A stretch of 64,000 nucleotides of DNA from IMG/VR virus record IMGVR_UViG_3300042923_001771, positions 64,001 to 128,000 of that record; one strand, written 5' to 3'. Source of the stretch: a virus. Lineage: Duplodnaviria; Heunggongvirae; Uroviricota; Caudoviricetes. The notes beneath the pieces were generated by a model. That model searched no databases. It was not told the DNA's origin and saw nothing but the letters and a program-made list of their open reading frames with translations. The translations under genes were made by a program, and so were the position numbers. Shown in pieces: positions 9,082 to 18,945 of this stretch (the stretch's first letter is position 1; each line of letters starts with the position of its first letter).

Positions 9082-9098
9082 TAGGGAGGTCATTATAA

Positions 9099-10385
9099 AT
9101 GGCAAAGGTAAACTGGTTAGATAAGTTCGCAGCGGATCAACACGCTAAGGAACAAATGAAAAAACAAGCATCCACTAACAAGGTTGCTAATCAAATCATC
9201 GTAAGCCCTGAAGATGTACCAGGTGCTCAAGAAGGTTCAGAAGTTCAATTCAACGGTGAAAGCTTTAAAGTTGTAGATGCTAACTTCTCCGATGAAGTAG
9301 GTCCTGGTGTTGTTTTAGAAAAAGCAGCTGGTTATGAAGGTTTAGAAGGCGACCCAATGGCAGTTTCTATGGGAACTCAACCATCTAGCGTTTCCACTCC
9401 ATCTTCTACTGGTCAAACTTACCACCGTACGAAACTTGACATTCAACAAACTTACGATAATGATCAAGATGCTCAATATGGTCAATCTTCAGCTCAAGCT
9501 ACTGAGCAAATGATTGCTGGCGAAAATGCTACAGATCGTACTTCCGTCCCTGGTCACTACACAAATTCTCCAGGATTAAACACGGCTCCAGCTGCTCCAA
9601 TTGGTGCTCCTGCAGGTGGACCAGTAGGCGCTCCTACACCAGTTGGTACTCCAGCTCCTTCAGCTACTCCAGTAGTGCCAGCAGCTACTCCAGCTCCAGT
9701 AGGCACGGATGCTCCAGCTGCTCCAGCTGCTCCGGCAGCAGTTGACGTTCCAGCTGAAGAAGTTGCTGTTGAAGATGCTCCAGTTGATGGTGTTGAAGAA
9801 GAAAAGGAAAATAAAATCCTTTCCGCTTTGAAAAATTCTATGCCTAAGAAAGCAAAAGTAACTCGTGCTTCCATTAACAGTCACATCATCAACCTTGCTA
9901 ATGATGTATCTAGTACTATCACAGCTGAAGTTGAAGAAGTTCTTGAAGATGCTGAAGAAGCTGTTAAAGCATTCGTTCCAGCTCGCCTTGCTTCCGCAGC
10001 TCTTGCTAAATTAGAAGAAGCTCTTGAAGAAGAGGGAATTGAAGCATTATTCGACAAAATGGTTTCTAAAGAAGCTATCAGCAAAACTGCTGGTGAAGAA
10101 GTTTCCGATGAAGAAATCGAAGAAGTAGTTAAAAAAGTAGCTGAAGTTGTAGTAGCTGAGCTTGAAGAAGTTCTTAAAGATGCTGACGAAGCAATGGATG
10201 GCGAAAGAGAAACTCTAGCTGAAGGCGAAGAAGATGGCGGTTTCGAAATGGAAGCTAAACTTAAAGCTATGGTTGAACGTAAATTACATGCAAAAGGTAT
10301 TTATACTCGTTTTGCACGTACTGCTAGCAAACCTGCTAAGAAGTCAATTGCTCAAAAAATCCGCGATGCTCGCCGTTCTAACTAA
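9099..10385 (+). CDS. acidic Pro/Ala-rich protein, candidate scaffold or internal head protein
   Basis: GGGAGG RBS, strongly biased codons (GCT, GAA, GTT), PA-rich linker, E/A-rich helical C-terminus, basic tip. Function is inferred only. Confidence 0.45.
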   Translation: MAKVNWLDKFAADQHAKEQMKKQASTNKVANQIIVSPEDVPGAQEGSEVQFNGESFKVVDANFSDEVGPGVVLEKAAGYEGLEGDPMAVSMGTQPSSVSTPSSTGQTYHRTKLDIQQTYDNDQDAQYGQSSAQATEQMIAGENATDRTSVPGHYTNSPGLNTAPAAPIGAPAGGPVGAPTPVGTPAPSATPVVPAATPAPVGTDAPAAPAAPAAVDVPAEEVAVEDAPVDGVEEEKENKILSALKNSMPKKAKVTRASINSHIINLANDVSSTITAEVEEVLEDAEEAVKAFVPARLASAALAKLEEALEEEGIEALFDKMVSKEAISKTAGEEVSDEEIEEVVKKVAEVVVAELEEVLKDADEAMDGERETLAEGEEDGGFEMEAKLKAMVERKLHAKGIYTRFARTASKPAKKSIAQKIRDARRSN

Positions 10386-10412
10386 TAAATAATTTCAACT
10401 TCATATCGTATT

Positions 10413-10454
10413 AAATAAGCAGATGTCAGTTTATTGACATCTGCTTATTTTTTT
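10413..10454 (+). terminator. Rho-independent terminator
   Basis: AAATAAGCAGATGTCA...TGACATCTGCTTATTT followed by a T-run. Confidence 0.8.
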
Positions 10455-10479
10455 ATAAAATGTCAAAGTAGGTGTTAAT

Positions 10480-11619
10480 ATGGCAAACATTTATCATAAA
10501 GGTGATGACTTATTTCTTTATGTTCAATTTAAAGATGACAAGAGAAAACCAATTGAAGTAGTAAATCCAACGGTTTGTATTACATACGAACAAGATGGAG
10601 ATATAAAAGATTTACTGCCTATACAAAACTTGGTACAAATGAGTGAAAATGAATATTTTTTCAACTATGTTATCCCTTATGATGCACCGTATGGTATCTA
10701 TCAAATTGAATATCAAGGTCAATATAACGAAGAATTAGGCGGAAGAATATTAGAAGAGTTTCACATCATACCAACTTCTGAAGTGTATGATAATGCAATT
10801 AAAGTTTACGGTTTTGTGCATCAAATGATGGCTAATTATCCATTGATTGGAGTAACTGTAGATGTTTCTTTGACTGTTGACTCCAGAGTTATATCTAAAT
10901 CTTTTACAGGAGACGATGGTTCTTGGGAAGTTCATCTATATCCTGACGAATATACATTTAAATTTAGTAAATTTGGATTTAAAACGCAAATTGTAAGTGT
11001 GCAACTTGGCGCTAGTTATACTGAAATACAATTTGACAATGTGACGCTCGAATCTGAGGCAGATATTAAAAAAGGAAATGGTATATTTAGGGTGAGTGAT
11101 AAATATACCACAAGGGAAGGAGTAGCATTGAGTGGTTTAAATGTTAAAGCATTTAGTACTTTTAACCCAACTGTTGCTTGTGGAGAAGATATTACTAATA
11201 ATTCTGGAGAATGGGAGTTATTTGTAGACCCTGGTATGTATTTGCTAAAAGTACAAGGTGAATCTCTATTAGAAGATTTTGACCAAACTTTTAGATTAAA
11301 GGTAGGTCCGAGCGGAGAATTGTCGTTTGAAAATATAACAAAAAACGTTGCCACTCCAAATATAGATTTTTCATTACAAGGTAATGAAAATGGCAATGGT
11401 ACAGAAGAAATTTCAGATATAGTAACTGATGCAAATGGAAATCCAATTATAGATGTGCAAGTATCTGTTTATTATAAAAACAACTTAAGTAAAATAATAG
11501 CGCAAGACTATACTGATGTTGGTGGTAAATGGATAGTCTTTTTAGATCCTGGCAGTTATGTAATTGAGTTTTATCATCCAGAATTCCATGAGTTTAGAGA
11601 AGATAGACAAGTAAATTAA
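10480..11619 (+). CDS. structural protein with three carboxypeptidase-regulatory/transthyretin-like beta-sandwich repeats
   Basis: Three repeats of P/A-x-x-G/D-V-x-V...T-x-x-x-G-x-W-x-x-x-x-x-P-G/D-x-Y. Confidence 0.55.
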   Translation: MANIYHKGDDLFLYVQFKDDKRKPIEVVNPTVCITYEQDGDIKDLLPIQNLVQMSENEYFFNYVIPYDAPYGIYQIEYQGQYNEELGGRILEEFHIIPTSEVYDNAIKVYGFVHQMMANYPLIGVTVDVSLTVDSRVISKSFTGDDGSWEVHLYPDEYTFKFSKFGFKTQIVSVQLGASYTEIQFDNVTLESEADIKKGNGIFRVSDKYTTREGVALSGLNVKAFSTFNPTVACGEDITNNSGEWELFVDPGMYLLKVQGESLLEDFDQTFRLKVGPSGELSFENITKNVATPNIDFSLQGNENGNGTEEISDIVTDANGNPIIDVQVSVYYKNNLSKIIAQDYTDVGGKWIVFLDPGSYVIEFYHPEFHEFREDRQVN

Positions 11620-11919
11620 AAAGTTTTCTTACCTCCAATTGAAGATTTGATTAGTAACTCTAGTACCAATAGGTTAATATTTAAGAAAAGATACCAGATT
11701 ATTTCTGGTATCTTTTTTACATATATGGGAGCGTAAATAGAAATCAAAAAATTTATTGTAGAAAAATGACGATTTAAGGTAATAAACAACACAAACAAAC
11801 GTATTTTTAACATGAAAGTAACTTTTAAATTTTAGTATATCTATAATCTCTTTAGCTAGCAAAGAGCATTTTATAATATACTAATATTAAAATCTACCTA
11901 AGAGGTAAGGTGAGCCCAC

Positions 11920-12714
11920 ATGGCAGACAAAGAAAAATACTGTGGATATATCAAGGTAACAGATGATCAATTGGCTAATTATTTTGAAGGTAGAAATTTA
12001 GAAGAACTAAAAACAAATCAATATTTAATTAGCGAAGACGAAAAGATTGTCAGATTTGATGGCACTAAAATCGTCGAATTGAGATTACCAGACATAAAGG
12101 GCTTTAAAGCAAAAAATATCCATCAAATGATGGCACTAGACTTATTACACAATAAAAATGTACCAGCGAAAGTTCTTACAGGAATCGCAGGTTCAGGTAA
12201 GACTCGTATGGCGATTCAATATGGTTTATACCTACTAAGCAATGGTGACATTGAGAAGATTTTTATTACTCGTAATCCTGCGACAGTAGGGGAAGATATT
12301 GGCTATTTAAAAGGAACTAAAGAAGAGAAATTATCATTCATTACGAAACCAATAATTGACAATTTACCAGATGGTGAGTTTGGACTACACAAACTTATTC
12401 AGTATGATCAAATAGAATTTGAATCACCTTCATATATGCAGGGTCGCGACTTAAGAAACTCTTTTGTAATAGTTGATGAAGCACAAATGATGGATAAAGA
12501 TTTAGTTAAAATGTTAGGTAGTAGAATTGGCGAAGGCTCTCAAATTTGTTTTGTTGGGGACTATGAACAAGCTTTTTCTAGAAAATATAAGGGTGACAAC
12601 AACGGTCTAGTTCATATGATTAACACACTAAATGGACAAAATTTATTTGGAGTAGTTGAACTACAAGATAGCGTCAGAGGGCCCGTGGCTGAAATGTTTG
12701 GAAAAATGTTATAA
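11920..12714 (+). CDS. phoH: PhoH-family ATPase (YlaK/PhoH2-like C-terminal domain, no PIN)
   Basis: NIHQMMALDLL, GIAGSGKT, RNPATVGEDIGYLKG, YMQGRDLRNSFVIVDEAQ, VGDYEQ. Confidence 0.9.
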   Translation: MADKEKYCGYIKVTDDQLANYFEGRNLEELKTNQYLISEDEKIVRFDGTKIVELRLPDIKGFKAKNIHQMMALDLLHNKNVPAKVLTGIAGSGKTRMAIQYGLYLLSNGDIEKIFITRNPATVGEDIGYLKGTKEEKLSFITKPIIDNLPDGEFGLHKLIQYDQIEFESPSYMQGRDLRNSFVIVDEAQMMDKDLVKMLGSRIGEGSQICFVGDYEQAFSRKYKGDNNGLVHMINTLNGQNLFGVVELQDSVRGPVAEMFGKML

Positions 12715-12789
12715 ATTAGAGCAGTTATTTTTTAAAACTCCTTTCATACTCTATTTTTAAGTAGAGAGTATAGAAGGGAGTTTTTTATT

Positions 12790-13224
12790 TTGCCAATAGT
12801 TAGAAATACATCAGATCATAATATCATTATAAACGAAAAAGTTGTCCTTCCAACAAAATCAATTGCTATATCTCAAGATCAAATTGAAGATGTACAAAAC
12901 CTAATTGATAAAGGTATGTTAAGGTTAGAACCTCAAACTGTAAATAGAGTTGAAAATTTTCCCAAATTTGATGAAAGTAAAAGACAAGAATTTGATGAAA
13001 TAAAAGCACGTCTAATGCCAGCACTTTTCTCACTACATCTCAATCAAGAATTATCTGATGAAGAGTTACGTGATTTGAAGTGGTTTTATAAAAATATTGG
13101 TCCTACGTCACAATTGGATAATAATTTAAAGTCACTTTTAGACGATGTAGTTCATACAGAAGAGTTTTTAGAGGTGCTACTAAATCATTTGTATTCAGAG
13201 TTGATTAAAAATTCGATAAAATAA
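12790..13224 (+). CDS. hypothetical protein
   Basis: AAGGGAG RBS, TTG start. Confidence 0.6.
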   Translation: MPIVRNTSDHNIIINEKVVLPTKSIAISQDQIEDVQNLIDKGMLRLEPQTVNRVENFPKFDESKRQEFDEIKARLMPALFSLHLNQELSDEELRDLKWFYKNIGPTSQLDNNLKSLLDDVVHTEEFLEVLLNHLYSELIKNSIK

Positions 13225-13293
13225 AAACGAATCTTAAAATTATATAGTTAACGGTGCGGTCTTGCACTACTAATTATATAGGGGTGGTCTATA

Positions 13294-13497
13294 ATGGCTA
13301 ATTACACATTTAGTGGAAAAATACCCGGGATTGTTGAACAAATTTTTGTTACTAAGTATCAAGAAGGCAAAGACACTGTATTTGTATCTTTGGCAGAAGG
13401 TCAAGTTAGGAACTTAAACGCTACTCAAGTTGAAGCTTTACCAATTTTACCTGCAGGTTACACGATTACTGCTACTTCGACACCATCAACTCCATAA
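13294..13497 (+). CDS. small probable virion protein, 67 aa
   Basis: GGGGTGG RBS; followed by a terminator. Confidence 0.55.
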   Translation: MANYTFSGKIPGIVEQIFVTKYQEGKDTVFVSLAEGQVRNLNATQVEALPILPAGYTITATSTPSTP

Positions 13498-13605
13498 AAA
13501 AGAAACGGGTGGGCATTAGCTCACCTGTTTTGCGTAAATAAACAAGTGAAAACTTGTATTTATATATAGACGGTACAAATCGTCAATTTTCGGAGGTGAA
13601 TTTGA

Positions 13606-14145
13606 ATGGGAACAATTCTAACCCCAATTAACCAAAAAGCTCCATCATCTATGTCCGTTAGAGAAAGAGAATGGATACAACAACTAAGAGTAATGTTGAA
13701 GGATTTACCAGATCAAGTAAATAGAACACTTGGCACATTAGTAGAACAAGATCGTGGAGAGAGATGGACAGATATGCAATTGCTTATTTATCTAAATCAA
13801 GCGGTTGCAGATTTAAACGTAGAGCCACCACACACTTCATTCACTCTTGATGTAATACCTGAAATATTTAAGGCTTGCATTATTAATGGTGCTACAATTT
13901 TTGCTTTAATTGCAGAAGGAATTCTTCAAGTGGGTGAAAGCTTCTCTTACTCAGACAACGGTATTAGTCTTTCTATCAACTTGGCTCAAGGTTACCAATC
14001 GCTAGCACAAATGTTGTTGACTGGTTATACTCAATTGAAAAAGGATATTAAACGTGCAATGCGTCCACATGCTGCCGGTATCAAACAAAGCCCTGCTCCA
14101 GTAAAGGTTCGTAGCTATGCACCAAGACAATGGACATATCGTTAA
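13606..14145 (+). CDS. head-tail adaptor-like protein (HK97 gp6/SPP1 gp15-like)
   Basis: QLRVMLKD...RWTDMQLLIYLNQA helical signature, SFSYSDNGISLSI beta hairpin; GGAGG RBS. Confidence 0.6.
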   Translation: MGTILTPINQKAPSSMSVREREWIQQLRVMLKDLPDQVNRTLGTLVEQDRGERWTDMQLLIYLNQAVADLNVEPPHTSFTLDVIPEIFKACIINGATIFALIAEGILQVGESFSYSDNGISLSINLAQGYQSLAQMLLTGYTQLKKDIKRAMRPHAAGIKQSPAPVKVRSYAPRQWTYR

Positions 14146-14234
14146 TTTTTTTATGTCTCCCGTAATTGGGAGATTTTTTGTTTAAAAAAGCAGCTAAAAA
14201 AGATATAATATTTCTACACTGGATGGTGATAGAA

Positions 14235-14648
14235 ATGAAACGTGAAGAAATAATGGATAAATTAGAAGCTTATGTTTTAATAAAGAGCATATTAGAAGAT
14301 AAACCAACATGGAAAGTTAGAAGTGGTGAATCTCTTCATGAAGGTATCAAGAAAAACAATTTTATTAGGGTTATAGAACAGAAAAAAGAGCGATGGTATG
14401 GTGTTAAAAAAAAATGGAATACATATCTTGAAATTTTATATGCTGATAATTTTGTAACAATAAGCTTGTTTCTTAGACCAGAACAAAAAAAGGCATATAA
14501 AATGCTTAGAGAATATTTTTTAACAAACAGAGATGCAGTTAAGGAAGCTTCTCAAGATAAATTTACTGCGCGTTTTGAAGACCACGATAGATTTGATGAG
14601 TTTTTCGAAAACTACATACTAGGAGAAAAAGTGTGTAACTTAGTTTAA
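14235..14648 (+). CDS. hypothetical protein
   Basis: GGTGA RBS before ATG 14235; followed by a terminator at about 14648-14678. Confidence 0.55.
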   Translation: MKREEIMDKLEAYVLIKSILEDKPTWKVRSGESLHEGIKKNNFIRVIEQKKERWYGVKKKWNTYLEILYADNFVTISLFLRPEQKKAYKMLREYFLTNRDAVKEASQDKFTARFEDHDRFDEFFENYILGEKVCNLV

Positions 14649-14678
14649 AAAGTCCCTTATTTTTTAGGGACTTTTTTA

Positions 14679-14707
14679 TTTACAAAATCAATTATATGTG
14701 ATATAAT
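14679..14707 (+). promoter_or_regulatory. sigmaA-type promoter with extended -10
   Basis: TTTACA (14679-84), 17-bp spacer, TG-A-TATAAT (14702-07). Confidence 0.75.
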
Positions 14708-14742
14708 AAATATATAAGAAAAAACATAAAGGAGAGAAAACA

Positions 14743-15216
14743 ATGATTGGAATAAGCAAAATAAAAAACAAATTAATGATAAGAAAAGAAATGTATTCAA
14801 TTGAAGAAGTACTATTGAAGATTGTTCCGATTTATACGAAAAAGAAAGAATCTAGGGTTGACTTTGATGGAGACTTAATAGCGATGAATTCTCATCGTTA
14901 TCACAATTTTCATGCTCACGGTGTTGTTTGTGTTACGTGTGGTCTAGAAGGTAAGTATTTTGTTAAAGAAAAATTTAAAGACGATAATTCTTTTCATTTT
15001 AATCTATATGCAATTAACGCTGATGGAAATGAAGTCCTTATGACAAAAGATCATATTGTGGCTAAGTCAAAAGGCGGATTAGATAGACTGGAAAACTACC
15101 AACCAATGTGTACAATTTGTAATAAAGAAAAAGACACAATGTCGCAAGAAGAGTTCCAACAACATATTATCAATAAAGAGATTATTATGCTGGGGGAGGT
15201 TGCTACAATTGCCTAA
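14743..15216 (+). CDS. free-standing HNH endonuclease
   Basis: CVTC...MTKDHIVAKSKGG...NYQPMCTICN. Confidence 0.85.
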   Translation: MIGISKIKNKLMIRKEMYSIEEVLLKIVPIYTKKKESRVDFDGDLIAMNSHRYHNFHAHGVVCVTCGLEGKYFVKEKFKDDNSFHFNLYAINADGNEVLMTKDHIVAKSKGGLDRLENYQPMCTICNKEKDTMSQEEFQQHIINKEIIMLGEVATIA

Positions 15217-15601
15217 ATATGCTGGACATCCAATAATGAATGCAGTTTATGATTCACTCAAAAAGATAAATAACAAAAAAGATGTAATTCTTGTTAAAGA
15301 TTTTGACTCAAAAGCTTGTCAATTGGGATGGCAACGTAAAAATGAAACATTTTCTTGGATGCATGATCTAAGTAAAGAAATATCCACTTTCAGGAATTTT
15401 TCTAAAACCGGAATGTCAATACATAGCTCATTCAAAGATGCTCTTTATCGTGTAAAAAGAGCTATTAGAGCTTTAGAATCTGCTATACAAGATGAATTTG
15501 TCAATCCAAAGCAAATAGCTGTGTTAGGTGAAGTCAAAGACGAACTTGAAGCGTACTTATTAATATTAGAATTTGGAAAAATAAATGAGGAGGCAATGTA
15601 A
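15209..15601 (+). CDS. hypothetical helical protein, paralogue A
   Basis: GGGGAGG RBS before TTG 15209; C-terminal LGEVKDELEAYL is shared with the next ORF. Confidence 0.55.
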   Translation: MPKYAGHPIMNAVYDSLKKINNKKDVILVKDFDSKACQLGWQRKNETFSWMHDLSKEISTFRNFSKTGMSIHSSFKDALYRVKRAIRALESAIQDEFVNPKQIAVLGEVKDELEAYLLILEFGKINEEAM

Positions 15602-15984
15602 TGCAAGAGATTAATATTATCACTAAAACGATACTCTCCTCTCTTCAAGAAAAAGCAAAAGAATTGAAATTCGTTGTAAATAGTATTTTTTTAAATGATG
15701 ATGGAAGTAAAATTGACAAATCATATGCTTGTGACGCGCGGACTGCTATTCATAATTGGTGCGATAGGATTACTAATAAGAATCTTTGGAACTCTTATTT
15801 TTGTACATATAGAGCTGGTAATTTTGAAAAAGATTTAGTGTCAGCTTGTAGAAAAATAGTAAGAGTTCTTAATCACATTACTTCTAACAAAAATTGCAAT
15901 CAGCAATATAAAGAAAAACTAAGTGAGATTAAAGACGAAGTTGAATCTCACTTAGTCATGATAGCAATGGAAAAGGTTGTTTAA
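15601..15984 (+). CDS. hypothetical helical protein, paralogue B
   Basis: GAGGAGG RBS; C-terminal LSEIKDEVESHL. Confidence 0.55.
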   Translation: MQEINIITKTILSSLQEKAKELKFVVNSIFLNDDGSKIDKSYACDARTAIHNWCDRITNKNLWNSYFCTYRAGNFEKDLVSACRKIVRVLNHITSNKNCNQQYKEKLSEIKDEVESHLVMIAMEKVV

Positions 15985-16082
15985 CCCCATATCTTTCTAA
16001 AAAGAAAAATGAAATATTGTTAAAAATAGGGACCTTCTTTCTAATAATGTTATTATACACATTATGGAAAGAAGGTTTTTAT

Positions 16083-17078
16083 ATGACTGAAATGAAACAC
16101 TACACAGATATTCCACGCTTTGGACACAGATCTACGCTAGATTATTTCACAAAAGTTGCATCCAAAGGTCATAAAATTCGTGTTATGCTTAAGTATGACG
16201 GAGCAAATGCTCAATTTGATGTAAACAGTAAAGGCGAGATTGGAGTTTATTCTCGTAACAATCCATTGAATGCTGAATTGAATCTCAATGGCTTTTACCA
16301 ATATGTACAAGAAAGAGTTGATCCAACACTTCTTCCTTCGAATAGAAAGATCTTTGGAGAATGGTTGGTATCTCACTCTGTAGTTTACCCTAAAGATATG
16401 TACAAACAGTTCTACATGTTTGATGTGTATGACACAGAAAAAGAAGAGTATATTGATCCAAATTCTAATGAGTACAAAAACATTGAAGCGTACCTTGTAA
16501 ATCACTGCGGAATGCAGAAGGGCGTTGTTTTGTACGAAGGTTTGTATCAAGGTATGGAGCACCTTGAAGAAATCTTGAATAGAGTTACTCGTGAAAATGA
16601 CACTCCAGATGGTAAGGCGCCAACTACTATCGATGAAGTTTATCACGAAGGTATTGTTATTAAAGCTCATGACTTCCGTGATCAATATGGAAATCAGCTC
16701 TTTGTTAAGATGGTTAGTGATAAATTCAAAGAAACAAAAGTTAGAAAAGAAAGACAGCCATCTGGTCCAGATGCATCTGTTGAAAGAGAAATTGTTGAGT
16801 TTGCAGTTACTCAAGCAAGGATTGAAAAAATTCTCAATAAACTTGTAGATATTGATGTATTACCAGTAGACTATGATTTGGAAGATATGCCAACTATCGC
16901 TAAAAACGTTCCAAAGATAGCATATGATGACATCATGAAAGAAGAGCTTGATACTATCAATGAACAATTTGGAGAATTTGATCATAAGATTCTTGGTAAG
17001 AAGATTGCTGGTACTGTTATTAGTGTTGTGAAAGATATTATTCGTGAAAAAATCGAGCAAAGAATCAAGAACCTATAA
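16083..17078 (+). CDS. Rnl2-family RNA ligase
   Basis: Nucleotidyltransferase motifs I KYDGAN, III FGEWL, IIIa MFDVY, IV EGIVIK, V VKMVSDKFKE; helical C-terminal domain. Confidence 0.85.
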   Translation: MTEMKHYTDIPRFGHRSTLDYFTKVASKGHKIRVMLKYDGANAQFDVNSKGEIGVYSRNNPLNAELNLNGFYQYVQERVDPTLLPSNRKIFGEWLVSHSVVYPKDMYKQFYMFDVYDTEKEEYIDPNSNEYKNIEAYLVNHCGMQKGVVLYEGLYQGMEHLEEILNRVTRENDTPDGKAPTTIDEVYHEGIVIKAHDFRDQYGNQLFVKMVSDKFKETKVRKERQPSGPDASVEREIVEFAVTQARIEKILNKLVDIDVLPVDYDLEDMPTIAKNVPKIAYDDIMKEELDTINEQFGEFDHKILGKKIAGTVISVVKDIIREKIEQRIKNL

Positions 17079-17219
17079 AATATATTGATTGATGAAACCT
17101 ACTATTTGTATAAAATAGTAGGTTTTTTTAATTTGTGTTTGAAAATACAGATGGCATCTAAAAGTGCGAAAGAACTTACATTTTCTAACTAAATAATAAT
17201 TATGTAAGCGGGTGCTTTT

Positions 17220-17663
17220 ATGCTGGAGATTTGGATAGATGGCACTTCGAAGCCAGATAGAATTTCAAATAGAAAACAAGCAAAAGTAGGTCATTCAGCT
17301 ATTGCAGTTATTGTCAAGAAAGATGGTAAAGTAATACATACTGAATCAAAGTATGTAGGAGTTCTTGATAACAATCAAGCTGAATATGAAGCTTTTGTTT
17401 GTGCTTTAAATATCGCTTTAGATATGGATGTTAAATTTGTAAAATTTTACACAGACAGTAACCTGCTTGAAAAACAAATGAATTTTAAATACAATTGTCA
17501 TTCTGAAGCAATTGCACCTTATTACATGAAATCAAAAAACTTGTTACATTTACTTCCTTGTTGGGAAGTAAAATGGATATCTAGAAAAGAAAATAGAGAA
17601 GCAGATAAAATGGCAGACCAAGCAATTGAGATGTGGAAAACTGAACAATTCAAAGATATATAA
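17220..17663 (+). CDS. RNase HI-like protein
   Basis: IWIDG, NNQAEYEA, YTDS, RKENREADKMA give the D-E-D-D catalytic set. Confidence 0.85.
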   Translation: MLEIWIDGTSKPDRISNRKQAKVGHSAIAVIVKKDGKVIHTESKYVGVLDNNQAEYEAFVCALNIALDMDVKFVKFYTDSNLLEKQMNFKYNCHSEAIAPYYMKSKNLLHLLPCWEVKWISRKENREADKMADQAIEMWKTEQFKDI

Positions 17664-17719
17664 AGCCTTGTATTTTCTATTTAAAATTCAGTAGACAAAA
17701 ATATGGAGGGTACGAAAAA

Positions 17720-17944
17720 ATGAAAAGGTTAATAAAAAAATCAAAACAAGATAGTGCAATTGTTAGTGTAAATCCATCATTTGTGCCTATGAGCGAATTA
17801 GATGAAGCAGATATCAAAAATGATAGATGTCCAGCTTGTAAAACTCAAGAATCATTACAAAAAATTGACGGTTTTAAAAAATGTCCTAGCTGCGGAAATA
17901 CTTTTAAGATGTTTGATGGCGATGGATATACTGTAGTGAAGTAA
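17720..17944 (+). CDS. zinc-ribbon protein with MKRLIKKS leader
   Basis: CPAC...CPSC; GGAGGG RBS. Confidence 0.65.
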   Translation: MKRLIKKSKQDSAIVSVNPSFVPMSELDEADIKNDRCPACKTQESLQKIDGFKKCPSCGNTFKMFDGDGYTVVK

Positions 17945-17951
17945 AGGGAGG

Positions 17952-18515
17952 TTGATTAGTATGGCAACTATTGAAGCACCACGTATTATGATTTACGCTA
18001 GGGTTTTAAACAACATAGATAATAGTCAAATAGAAGGTTATTCTGACATTAGAGATAAAAAAGGTAGCTTTGATTTTGGAACAATTAATGGCATAACTGG
18101 TGGAGAATCTTCAAGCGTTGTAGAATTTGACATTTGGAATAATGAACCTGCATTTTCTTCTGGCATGTTAGCGGAAATAAATGCTGATGCTACTGATTGT
18201 GTTTTTACTGCATGGGATAATAGTAATTGTAATTCTGTTCAAGGAATTACTGGCATTGACAATAGATATTTTATTAGAGCTAGAAGTTTAGCAGATAATG
18301 ATTACGCAAAGGCATTCACTCCGATAGGTGGAGATGGCAGTAATTATTTTAAAAATAGTGTAACTCCTGAAAGTGGACCGTTAGAATTGGGTACATTGAG
18401 TGGGAGAGCCGGTGGAGATCGCGTTAAAATTCAAACTAAAATTTTCATCCCAGCTGCAACTGGGCTTTTGGTAAGAAAGACGTTTGTTTTTGGATTTCAT
18501 TACAATTTTGAATAA
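17952..18515 (+). CDS. hypothetical, probable structural protein
   Basis: GGGAGG RBS; beta-rich, ends in FGFHYNFE. Confidence 0.55.
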   Translation: MISMATIEAPRIMIYARVLNNIDNSQIEGYSDIRDKKGSFDFGTINGITGGESSSVVEFDIWNNEPAFSSGMLAEINADATDCVFTAWDNSNCNSVQGITGIDNRYFIRARSLADNDYAKAFTPIGGDGSNYFKNSVTPESGPLELGTLSGRAGGDRVKIQTKIFIPAATGLLVRKTFVFGFHYNFE

Positions 18516-18524
18516 GGTGAATTT

Positions 18525-18929
18525 ATGTTTTGGATCATAGACTATAAAAATAGAAAAAGTATATCAGAAAATGAATGTAGCTTTAGTCAAGCAAGTAAAG
18601 AGAACATAAGAGCTCTTTATTTTCAAAATGAAGCAGATAGATTTGGCGTGCTAGACAATGGACATTTTTTCATTAATGATATTGAGTACGACTTTAAAAT
18701 CAGTAAACAATTGCACAAATATGTTCAATTTAAAACTGCTTCTTTGATTTTTGATGGTGAATCAAAAAATTCAATTGAATCGTGGAATTTGGGTTTTGAA
18801 ATATACAATTCTAAAGATTATGAAAAATACATTATGCACATCACTAAAAATCATGAGATATATTTTATAGCTCAAAGATTTGATTTAAATTCTAATAAGA
18901 TTGATGAACGAAAAGTACGTCTTCAATAA
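18525..18929 (+). CDS. hypothetical protein
   Basis: AAGGTGA RBS, operonic position. Confidence 0.55.
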   Translation: MFWIIDYKNRKSISENECSFSQASKENIRALYFQNEADRFGVLDNGHFFINDIEYDFKISKQLHKYVQFKTASLIFDGESKNSIESWNLGFEIYNSKDYEKYIMHITKNHEIYFIAQRFDLNSNKIDERKVRLQ

Positions 18930-18945
18930 AAAGGCGGTGACAGAA

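Noticed and set aside
9099-10385. Major capsid protein call for the 428-aa ORF
   Set aside because: Low-complexity Pro/Ala/Glu composition and no recognisable HK97-fold pattern.
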